DNA of 24,000 nucleotides from an uncultured Helicobacteraceae bacterium (GTDB taxonomy: Bacteria > Campylobacterota > Campylobacteria > Campylobacterales > Helicobacteraceae). Position 1 is the stretch's first letter; each line of letters begins with the position of its first letter. Shown here one piece after another: positions 8,487 through 16,336 of this stretch. Position numbers and translations under genes: made by a program. Where the stretch lies: positions 447,308 to 471,307 of the forward strand of contig CALUUD010000002.1 in assembly GCA_944323885.1 (NCBI GenBank). The letters run 5' to 3'. The notes below the pieces were generated by a model. It was not told the origin of the DNA, did no database searches, and was given only the letters and a program-made list of their open reading frames with translations.

Positions 8487-8507
8487 AAGCTATACTTTTA
8501 AGATTCT
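8477..8507. terminator. 13-bp perfect-stem hairpin shared by convergent ribA and the ATPase gene (candidate bidirectional terminator)
   Basis: AGAATCTTAAAAG-ctata-CTTTTAAGATTCT. The left arm contains the ribA stop (TAA 8484-8486). The loop and right arm contain the ATPase stop and its last codons. No U-tract on either side. Confidence 0.45.
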
Positions 8508-10565
8508 CATAGAATTTAACAAAGCAAGGAGTGCAACTCCTACATCACCAAATACTGCTTCCCACATCGTTGCAACTCCAAATAATCCAAGGATAATAAA
8601 TAACACCTTAACACCAAGTGCAAAAGCTATATTTTGCCAAATAATTGTCTTTGTTCTCTTTGCAATTTTTATTGCCTTTGCTATACTTGATATCTTATCA
8701 TTAATAATTAATACATCTGCGCTTTCTTTACTCACATCACTACCTAATTTACCCATACTAATACCAACATCAGCCATAGCAATGCAAGGTGCATCATTTA
8801 TACCATCACCTACAAATAAACTAGATCCACTAGCATTTTGTTTAAATTCCATAAATAAGCTAGCTTTATCTTCAGGTAATAGATTATATTTTGCATTTGA
8901 TAAATCTAAAGTGGAAACAACTTGTTTTGATGCTAATTCATTATCACCAGTTAGCATTATCATATTTTCTACACCTAGCTTTTTTAGTTCTTTTATAGCA
9001 TCTCTTGTATCATCCTTTAGTTCATCTGCTACAAGTATATATCCTGCATAGATTCCATTTATTGCGATATGGGCTACACTTCCATCAATACTACAATTAT
9101 CATGTTTTATATTATATTTATGCAACATCTTGTCATTGCCAGCTAAAATATCTTTATAATTACAAGTTGCTATAATTCCAAGCCCACTTATTTGCTCAAA
9201 TTTTGTATTATTGCATTGATGTGAGTGTAGTGTCTTGTTATACTCATCTTTTATTGCAATTGCTATTGGATGATTTGAAAAGTTTTCAGCACAAAAAGCA
9301 TATTGTAATACTTCATCTTTACTAAAACCATTTTGTGGAATTATATCTACAACCTTAAACACACCTTTTGTAAGCGTACCTGTTTTGTCAAATGCAATAT
9401 GGCTTACATTACTTAATGCCTCTAAATAATTAGCACCTTTTATTAAAATAGAATTTTTTGAACAACTTCCAATACCACCAAAATAAGCTAATGGTACACT
9501 TATTACAAGAGCACAAGGACAACTAACCATTAAAACTACTAATGCTCTATATATCCAATCATTAAAATTACCAAATCCAAACAATGGAGGCAATATGGCA
9601 ATAAAAATTGCTATAAAAAATACTATTGGGGTATAAATCTTTGCAAATTTAGTAATAAAACTCTCTATCTTTGCTTTATTTTTACTTGCATTTTGAACCA
9701 AATCAATAATCTTTGCAACACTAGAATCTTCATATAATTTTGTTACCTTAATCTCTAACATTCCATTTAAATTTAGTGTTCCGCCAAGTATATTAGAATC
9801 TATATCTGCTTCTTTTGGTATTGGTTCTCCTGTAAGTGCTTTTGTATCAATTAGACTTTTTCCATTTATTACCACTCCATCAGTTGGTATTTTTTCTCCT
9901 GGTTTTACTATAACAACATCATTTAACTTTAAATCTTTAGGAGGAATATCAACAATATTAGAATCTTGCTTTAGGTGTGCAATATTTGGAGCAATTTCAA
10001 GCAAATTTTTAATAGATTTTCTTGAATTTTGAAGTGCCAAATCTTGAAAGAATTCCCCTGTTTTAAAAAATAACATCACAGCAACAGCTTCTTCATATGC
10101 ACCAATAATAAATGCAGATATAGTAGCAATAAACATTAATGTATTTTCATCAAAAAAATCTCTTTTTTTAAGATTACTAAATGCACTTTTAAAAACATCT
10201 TTTCCAGATATAATATAAATAATAACCAAAATACCAATAGAAATATATCTTACAATTTGACTTTCTACAAAATGTAAAATACATATAGCAATAAAAAATA
10301 TAACTATCAATCCACCTAAAAAAAATAATTCTTGTTTTGTATTAAAATTATTTTCATTTGGTTTATTTTTATTAATCTCTACATTAGATTCTATAGATTT
10401 TATAGTTTGTTTTACCAGTTTTATATTTGTTGTATCAATTTCTAATATATTATGATTTATATCTATACTTACATATTTTACGCATTCTAATCTCTGTAAT
10501 TCACTCTCTATCTTATTTGCACAAGATGGACAACTAATATTTGTAATATAAAATTTTTCTTTCAT
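8490..10565 (-). CDS. cadA: Heavy-metal P1B-type ATPase, Cd/Zn/Co (P1B-2, CadA/ZntA-like) class
   Basis: 691 aa. N-terminal HMA domain with a CxxC (ISCPSCANKIE). Transmembrane CPC motif (MVSCPCALVISVP). Phosphorylation site FDKTGTLT, hinge VGDGINDAP, and a last transmembrane helix GDVGVALLALLNSMR typical of the Zn/Cd class rather than CopA. Confidence 0.88.
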   Translation of the reverse strand: MKEKFYITNISCPSCANKIESELQRLECVKYVSIDINHNILEIDTTNIKLVKQTIKSIESNVEINKNKPNENNFNTKQELFFLGGLIVIFFIAICILHFVESQIVRYISIGILVIIYIISGKDVFKSAFSNLKKRDFFDENTLMFIATISAFIIGAYEEAVAVMLFFKTGEFFQDLALQNSRKSIKNLLEIAPNIAHLKQDSNIVDIPPKDLKLNDVVIVKPGEKIPTDGVVINGKSLIDTKALTGEPIPKEADIDSNILGGTLNLNGMLEIKVTKLYEDSSVAKIIDLVQNASKNKAKIESFITKFAKIYTPIVFFIAIFIAILPPLFGFGNFNDWIYRALVVLMVSCPCALVISVPLAYFGGIGSCSKNSILIKGANYLEALSNVSHIAFDKTGTLTKGVFKVVDIIPQNGFSKDEVLQYAFCAENFSNHPIAIAIKDEYNKTLHSHQCNNTKFEQISGLGIIATCNYKDILAGNDKMLHKYNIKHDNCSIDGSVAHIAINGIYAGYILVADELKDDTRDAIKELKKLGVENMIMLTGDNELASKQVVSTLDLSNAKYNLLPEDKASLFMEFKQNASGSSLFVGDGINDAPCIAMADVGISMGKLGSDVSKESADVLIINDKISSIAKAIKIAKRTKTIIWQNIAFALGVKVLFIILGLFGVATMWEAVFGDVGVALLALLNSMRILKV

Positions 10566-10615
10566 AAATAAACTTTCTTTTCTAAGATTAAAGCAAATTG
10601 ATTATAACAAAATCA

Positions 10616-10644
10616 TTGACAAAATAAATTTTAAGGATTAAAAT
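10616..10644 (+). promoter_or_regulatory. sigma70-type promoter for ssrA
   Basis: TTGACA (10616-10621), a 17-nt spacer, then TAAAAT (10639-10644). It ends about 40 nt upstream of the mature tmRNA 5' end, which implies a short processed leader. Confidence 0.6.
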
Positions 10645-10686
10645 AGCGAGGCCTTTAAATAGTAGGTGATATATTTATTTACTTAT

Positions 10687-11062
10687 GGGGCTGATTTGGC
10701 GTTCGACAGGAAGTAGAATATATGGATTGCATACCAGTTTGATTGATACTGTAAAATCATCACATAAATTTAAACGCAAACAATAACAAATTAGCTCCAG
10801 CTTACGCAAGAGCAGCGTAAGTTTAACATCTTTTTTTAGGAGCGGAATAAGTTTTGAATTCTAGCTTAGATTCTTGTTCTTATTTTTTTGCTAGATAGCT
10901 ATGTGTTGGTTACTTTGACGATGTATAGTAAAAATTTACAAAGTAGCTTATATATTATTAAAGCTCGTAATATATTTGCAAATTAGAGCTTGTTTTTAAG
11001 TATGTCGAGGTCTATATTGGTCTATTTTTTGGACTGGGGTTCGATCCCCCACAGCTCCACCA
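10687..11062 (+). ncRNA. ssrA: tmRNA (SsrA), tag reading frame ANNNKLAPAYARAA*
   Basis: The 5' GGGGCTG pairs with the 3' CAGCTCC-ACCA, including the G3:U alanine identity pair. The T-arm-like GGGGTTCGATCCCCC is present. Resume codon GCA is at 10776 and the tag ORF runs to TAA at 10818-10820. It aligns closely with my recollection of epsilonproteobacterial tmRNA (..AAACGCAAACAA..GCUCCUGCUUACGC..GCUGCGUAA). Confidence 0.95.
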
Positions 11063-11074
11063 AAAATAACTATA

Positions 11075-12115
11075 TTAATTAAATTTTTTTGCAATATCTA
11101 ATAATTTATTTCTAAAAGAATATAAATCTTGTACTTTTTCAAAACTAATTCTTTCATCAATTCCATCATTAAAAGCTATATACTTAGAAGCTGTTTTTAA
11201 ATATAAAAAACAGATCCATTTTTTACGGCTATCATCACAAACAATATTTAAATAATTATTTGTATTTCTATAACCAATCCTATTGCTTGATATAACTTCA
11301 GATAAAATAGATCTAATTATATAATACCCTTCCAATTCATCATCACTAATTTGATTAGCAACTTCCTCTCTATCATTATCACGAGAATTTTCTTGATTTT
11401 GTGCCTGAAGTTCATGTTTAATAGAATTTATTTTTTCATTAGCTATATCATTAATAATTTCACTTAATGATGATCGAACATATTCTTTAAATTCTTCTAT
11501 TAAGCCTTGTGTCGCTCTTTTATTTGTTATTTGTGAAATAAAAAACTTTACAAATTCATCACTTGGATTTTGCATTTCATCTTTAATAACACTCTTAATA
11601 CCTGTTGTATACTTTTTTCGATTAGCCATATCTAAAATACTATCTAAATTTAATTGATCTCTTGCAAAACGCTCTAAATCTCTTTTATTTCGTTCTTTTA
11701 AATTAAGCATATCAATTACCATAAAGGGAGTACTATCCATTCTATTTTTTTCATCCAAATCAGAAAAAAATCTATATTCGATGCCATTGGTTAAAATACC
11801 AAACTTAGCATCTGTAACTGTAAAATAACGGACAAGCTGGTTATTATGATTATCCAAATTTTCATTAACACTTTTTGCCTCAATTAAAATAAATGGCTTA
11901 CCATTATCCATTATTGCATAATCTACTTTTTCACCTTTTTTACTACCAATATCAGCTACAAATTCAGGAACTACAATTGTAGGATCAAAAACATCATAAC
12001 CTAAAATATTCAAAAAAGGGGCTATAAAAGCCATCTTTGTTGCTTCCTCAGTTTGAATATATTCTCTTGATTTACTAATTTTATTTATCAATGAATCGAG
12101 TTTTGAAAAATCCAT
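11075..12115 (-). CDS. HsdR N-terminal-domain (PD-(D/E)xK nuclease fold, COG4748-like) protein; orphan, with no helicase, methylase or specificity partner
   Basis: N-terminal motifs TEEATKMAFIAPFLNILGYDV, KVDYAI, PFILIEAKSV (D...ExK), QLVRYF and FGILTNGIEYRFF match the HSDR_N_2/Mrr-like family. An acidic/Q-rich linker and a separate C-terminal domain of about 90 aa follow (GYYIIRSIL..WICFLYL). I prefer ATG 12115 (AAGGAG 5 nt upstream) over the track's GTG 12121. Confidence 0.75.
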   Translation of the reverse strand: MDFSKLDSLINKISKSREYIQTEEATKMAFIAPFLNILGYDVFDPTIVVPEFVADIGSKKGEKVDYAIMDNGKPFILIEAKSVNENLDNHNNQLVRYFTVTDAKFGILTNGIEYRFFSDLDEKNRMDSTPFMVIDMLNLKERNKRDLERFARDQLNLDSILDMANRKKYTTGIKSVIKDEMQNPSDEFVKFFISQITNKRATQGLIEEFKEYVRSSLSEIINDIANEKINSIKHELQAQNQENSRDNDREEVANQISDDELEGYYIIRSILSEVISSNRIGYRNTNNYLNIVCDDSRKKWICFLYLKTASKYIAFNDGIDERISFEKVQDLYSFRNKLLDIAKKFN

Positions 12116-12161
12116 TAACACTCCTTAATTATCAATATTATTTAGTTGTTAAACTGTTGAT

Positions 12162-12791
12162 TTATAACAAACCATCTCTTATACAATCCTCAAAAATATA
12201 CCTATGATCACTAGGCAATGTTTGATATAGATTATTTGCTAAATCTCTAATCTCCCATAATGCACTTTTAGAACTTCTTAATTCTAAAAAATTTTGCAAA
12301 CTCCTTGCATTTATAGTCCAAGTCAATTCTGTTTTATATGATTCAGGAAGGCAATATTTTGCAATATCAAGACTTACATTTTCAAGCAATATCAACCTTA
12401 GATTTTCTAATGCTTGTATGCTTGCTTCATTAACCTTATCATTATTTGTAAAAACCAAATACTTGCTTGCTCGCTGCATATTTTCATATAATGGTAAAAA
12501 ACTAGATTCTAGTTTTAATTCCTTGAGTGTATATCTTGTTGATTTGACACTAGGTGATGCCATTCTATGTCTTGATAATTCTTGTAATAATGCGCGAGAA
12601 ACACCTTTTATATAAAATGTGTAATATAAGTGTTCTAATGTTGATTTATGTTTGTTTTTATTTCCAACCCTATTAATTAAAGCTTTATCTATTTCTCCAC
12701 CGCAATCGCCCTTATCAAAACTCTGCCAGCAAGTTCTAATTGCATGAGAGCATACACTTAATGGAGTATAATTTAAAAGTGCAATTTCCAA
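12162..12791 (-). CDS. thyX: Flavin-dependent thymidylate synthase ThyX
   Basis: 209 aa with the ThyX signature RHRMASPSVKSTRY (RHRxxSxxxxSxR). TTG start lies 6 nt after AAGGAG, which overlaps the end of the upstream gene. Confidence 0.92.
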   Translation of the reverse strand: MEIALLNYTPLSVCSHAIRTCWQSFDKGDCGGEIDKALINRVGNKNKHKSTLEHLYYTFYIKGVSRALLQELSRHRMASPSVKSTRYTLKELKLESSFLPLYENMQRASKYLVFTNNDKVNEASIQALENLRLILLENVSLDIAKYCLPESYKTELTWTINARSLQNFLELRSSKSALWEIRDLANNLYQTLPSDHRYIFEDCIRDGLL

Positions 12792-12800
12792 AAAATCTCC

Positions 12801-13955
12801 TTATTTTATAGTTTTACTAATAGATAAAACCATACCAATAGCTATACAAGTAGCAATAATAGCACTACCTCCATAACTTAAAAAAGGCACAGCTATACCT
12901 TTTATTGGTATAACTCCTGTAATACCAAATGAATTAATTAAAAATGAAAATGAAAACATCACTGCAATACCAATACAAAATAATGAATAAACATTATTTG
13001 CTGTTCTATTTGCAATCTTTAAGATTCTATGTAAAATCAATGCAAAAAGTACCAAAAATACAATAAACCCAACTATACCATATTCTTCTATTAACCCAGC
13101 CAAAACAACATCTGTATGAACTTCACTTAAAAATCCAAGTTTTATCACACCATCTCCAGAACCCATTCCAAATATTCCACCATTATTCATAGCAGCAATT
13201 GAATAAAATACTTGATATGGTTCTGGGGTATTTTCTATTCTTATGCTTTGAGCTAAATTTTCTGGAAGGACTGATAATACTAAATCTTGAATACCTCCCC
13301 ACCAAGTTTTTACCCTTAATATTCTATGTTCACTTGTTATAATAGACATTATAGTAAGCCCTAAAGCACCTAAAAATAACATACCAACAAGCTTAAAACT
13401 ACCACCTGCAAAAAGAAGCATAATACCTAAAATAATTGCCATCAACACAACTTGTCCTAAATCATTTTGCGCAACAGCAATAAAAAATACAATAACTCCA
13501 AATACAATCATATATGGAATTAATGTTAAAAATTCTGACAATATACCATCTCTTTTTTGTGCAAACTTTCTAGAAAAACTCCAAGCTAAAAATACTATAA
13601 AACCTATCTTAAAAAATTCAGATGGGGAAAATGAAAACCCAGGAAACCTAATCCATCTTTTTGCACCACCAGCACTACTTGCAAGGCTATCTGGTAAAAA
13701 AGGCATTATAACAATTAAAAAAGTAGAAAAAAATAATATAAAAAATCCAAATTTATAGAATAATTTTAGTGGGTTAGCCTGTGCAAAAATCCACATAATT
13801 AAAATACCAAGCACTACGGCAAATAATTGTCTAATAAAAAAGTGAAATTCACCATATCCATAAAAATCTACAGCATAAGCACTTAGTGAATATGACAATA
13901 TTGGACTAAAGGACAACAAAAAAACAGAAAAATAAAATAATCTTTTATCAGCCAA
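12801..13955 (-). CDS. SEDS-family peptidoglycan glycosyltransferase (FtsW/RodA/SpoVE family; probably FtsW)
   Basis: 384 aa with about 10 transmembrane segments. Conserved SEDS blocks: AKRWIRFPGFSFSPSEFFKIGFIVFLA, DLGQVVLMA, LSEVHTDVVLAGLIEEYG and PFLSYGGSA. FtsW and RodA cannot be separated without alignment. TTG start. Confidence 0.85.
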   Translation of the reverse strand: MADKRLFYFSVFLLSFSPILSYSLSAYAVDFYGYGEFHFFIRQLFAVVLGILIMWIFAQANPLKLFYKFGFFILFFSTFLIVIMPFLPDSLASSAGGAKRWIRFPGFSFSPSEFFKIGFIVFLAWSFSRKFAQKRDGILSEFLTLIPYMIVFGVIVFFIAVAQNDLGQVVLMAIILGIMLLFAGGSFKLVGMLFLGALGLTIMSIITSEHRILRVKTWWGGIQDLVLSVLPENLAQSIRIENTPEPYQVFYSIAAMNNGGIFGMGSGDGVIKLGFLSEVHTDVVLAGLIEEYGIVGFIVFLVLFALILHRILKIANRTANNVYSLFCIGIAVMFSFSFLINSFGITGVIPIKGIAVPFLSYGGSAIIATCIAIGMVLSISKTIK

Positions 13956-14021
13956 AGCATTAAAACCTTAAGATACATCTTGTTAATTTATGATTTTTTA
14001 AATTCAAAATTCTATCAAATT

Positions 14022-15782
14022 TTAATTCATTTTATATTTTCGTTTTAAAATATCATCTATTAAATCACTTGAGGCATTATTAATATTTTCAAAAGTTCCA
14101 AAATAACTAAGTAACTTTTTTATTTGAGCTTTTGTATAGTTACTATCTAACATATTTTTCGTCTTTTTTTGTCTATGAAATGTTATTGTATATCTATGGG
14201 CTTCGTCTCTCAACTTTTGTAAAAATAATAATCTTTCATCATTTTTATTCAACTTTAATTCAAGATCTTTTGAGCGCAAAATATCATTTGCCCCACCTTT
14301 TGATCTATAAGCTTTAGAATCTATTTTTTCTTTTGCTATAGCTATTATATCTATACTTACACCACTTGATTGTAATATTTCTAATGCTATATTTATTTGT
14401 CCTCTACCACCATCAATTAGCCATAGATCTGGTGGTGGCATAGAAGAAAAATCATTTGCTCGTCTAATTAATAATTCTTTCATTTGTGAATATTCATCAA
14501 GTCCTTCTAAATTATATCTTCTATAGCTATCCTTTTTAAAATCTCCATCTTGAAAGACAACCATACCACCAACAATAGATGATGCACTATGGTGACTAGT
14601 ATCAAAAACTTCTATCCTATATGGTATATTCTCTAGTTTTAAAAGATGTTTAATAGATTCTAATAATAAATCATCACTATTATTTTCTAAAATATTTTTT
14701 GCATTATTAAATACCAATTCTATAATATTTTTTTGTTCTTTATTTTTTGGCTTTGTTATTGTGATTTTTTTATTACTATGTATTAATGATACTATTTCAT
14801 CTTTAGATTCTAAATCTATAGGCAATAAAATAGAATCTAAATTTATAGCCATGTTATTTTTATAATGATTAATAAGCACTTGTGAATATAAATAATCCAA
14901 ATTAAATTCATTATCATTATGGTTAATGAAATAATAATCACTTGATGTAATTTTCCCATCACGCATAAACATCTTTATAACTATACTTTTTTTATTATTA
15001 TTACTATAAATTACAAATATATCAAAATTATATAACTTCGCCAAATCAACAATACTTATACTTGATATTTGATTTATTTTTTTTATTCTAAATTTTAAAA
15101 TATTCGCTTCTTCAAATCTTAGTTCATCTGACAAAGAAAGCATCTTCTCTTGCAATAAACTAACTAATTTATTAGGATTTTTCAATAAACTAATTGCATG
15201 ATTTACAATATTTTTATATTCATCTTGTGTAATTTTATTTTCACAAGGGGCATAACATCGATTTATCTGATAAAATAAACAAGCTTTTTTTTCCTTTAGA
15301 CAATTCTTTTTTTGCACAAGTGGCAATAACTCATAGATACTATCTATGATATCTTTTACTCCACTTGCATATGGACCAAAATACAAGAAATCTTTATTAT
15401 TTACAATCTTCCTCACTACCTCTAATCTTGGAAATGTGACACTTTTATCTATTAATATATATGGATATGTTTTATCATCACGAAGTAATATATTATATTT
15501 TGGTTTTAATTGTTTTATTAGTGAATTTTCTAAAATAAGTGCATCTTGCTCATTATTTACTATTATTGTTCTTATGTATGCTATTTTTTGAACCATATTT
15601 GAGATTCTAGGACTTAATTTTGCAGCAGGTTTTATTGTATTATTACTAAGATTAAAATAACTACTTACTCGCTTTTTTAAATTTTTTGCTTTACCAATAT
15701 ATAAAATCCTATCACATTCATCATAATACTGATATATACCACTAGTGTTTGGTAAATTTTTTATACTATTTATTAAGCTCAT
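14022..15782 (-). CDS. uvrC: Excinuclease ABC subunit C (UvrC)
   Basis: 586 aa. N-terminal GIY-YIG domain (GIYQYYDECDRILYIGKAKNLKKRVSSYF..YILIDK), UVR domain, an RNase H-like endonuclease domain (IEVFDTSH..DGGRGQ) and a C-terminal HhH region. Confidence 0.93.
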   Translation of the reverse strand: MSLINSIKNLPNTSGIYQYYDECDRILYIGKAKNLKKRVSSYFNLSNNTIKPAAKLSPRISNMVQKIAYIRTIIVNNEQDALILENSLIKQLKPKYNILLRDDKTYPYILIDKSVTFPRLEVVRKIVNNKDFLYFGPYASGVKDIIDSIYELLPLVQKKNCLKEKKACLFYQINRCYAPCENKITQDEYKNIVNHAISLLKNPNKLVSLLQEKMLSLSDELRFEEANILKFRIKKINQISSISIVDLAKLYNFDIFVIYSNNNKKSIVIKMFMRDGKITSSDYYFINHNDNEFNLDYLYSQVLINHYKNNMAINLDSILLPIDLESKDEIVSLIHSNKKITITKPKNKEQKNIIELVFNNAKNILENNSDDLLLESIKHLLKLENIPYRIEVFDTSHHSASSIVGGMVVFQDGDFKKDSYRRYNLEGLDEYSQMKELLIRRANDFSSMPPPDLWLIDGGRGQINIALEILQSSGVSIDIIAIAKEKIDSKAYRSKGGANDILRSKDLELKLNKNDERLLFLQKLRDEAHRYTITFHRQKKTKNMLDSNYTKAQIKKLLSYFGTFENINNASSDLIDDILKRKYKMN

Positions 15783-16248
15783 TATTACTTTTTATAGCCT
15801 TTTTTATAGCTAAAAATTGAGATTTATACGGATTATTTTCATCAATTATAAAATCTCCATTTGCCCTTTCTTTGTAATAATCAACTACTTTATATTCCAT
15901 CTCAATATTGTTAATATCAAATCTATGTAAAATATTCCTAGGTAAATATGCTTTTATATCTTTTATTTTATATAATTGCTCAAATTCTACAGAATCTTTA
16001 TTTATAACTTTTAATTGTTCTAATGTATTTAACATAATTGTTTTTTTGTAGTTATTAAATTCACTCACACTTGTTGGATGATCAAAAGCAAAAAGCAAAA
16101 TCTCTTGTTTTATACTAGAATACATAAAAGATCTTCTTAAATTATAAGGAAGTGTTGCAGTTAATTTATTTATAATTCTAATTGAATATAAATTTCTAAA
16201 TTTATCTTGATTATAAAGATTGGAGATGATAACTTGAAAATTCTTCAT
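15766..16248 (-). CDS. Hypothetical protein overlapping the uvrC start; possibly DUF721/DciA-like
   Basis: 160 aa ORF whose last 17 nt overlap uvrC, suggesting translational coupling. The segment LPYNLRRSFMYSSIKQEILLFAFDHPTSVSEFNNYKKTIML loosely fits the DUF721 pattern (l.p.l....v.....g.L.l.v..p.w..el). This functional assignment is weak. Confidence 0.6.
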   Translation of the reverse strand: MKNFQVIISNLYNQDKFRNLYSIRIINKLTATLPYNLRRSFMYSSIKQEILLFAFDHPTSVSEFNNYKKTIMLNTLEQLKVINKDSVEFEQLYKIKDIKAYLPRNILHRFDINNIEMEYKVVDYYKERANGDFIIDENNPYKSQFLAIKKAIKSNNELNK

Positions 16249-16336
16249 TTAATGATTATAGCATATTTATTTTGCTTTAATGGTTGCGGATATAAAGCAG
16301 ATCCAATAAATACATATAACACAGAATCTAAATAAA

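Noticed and set aside
11040-12161. A genomic island or prophage remnant integrated at the tmRNA 3' end, with att duplication.
   Set aside because: I found no second copy of the ssrA 3' terminus (GGTTCGATCCCCCACAGCTCCACCA or a recognisable part) on the thyX side. There is no integrase and no compositional change. Only the single nuclease-like gene remains, and it is reported separately as inference.
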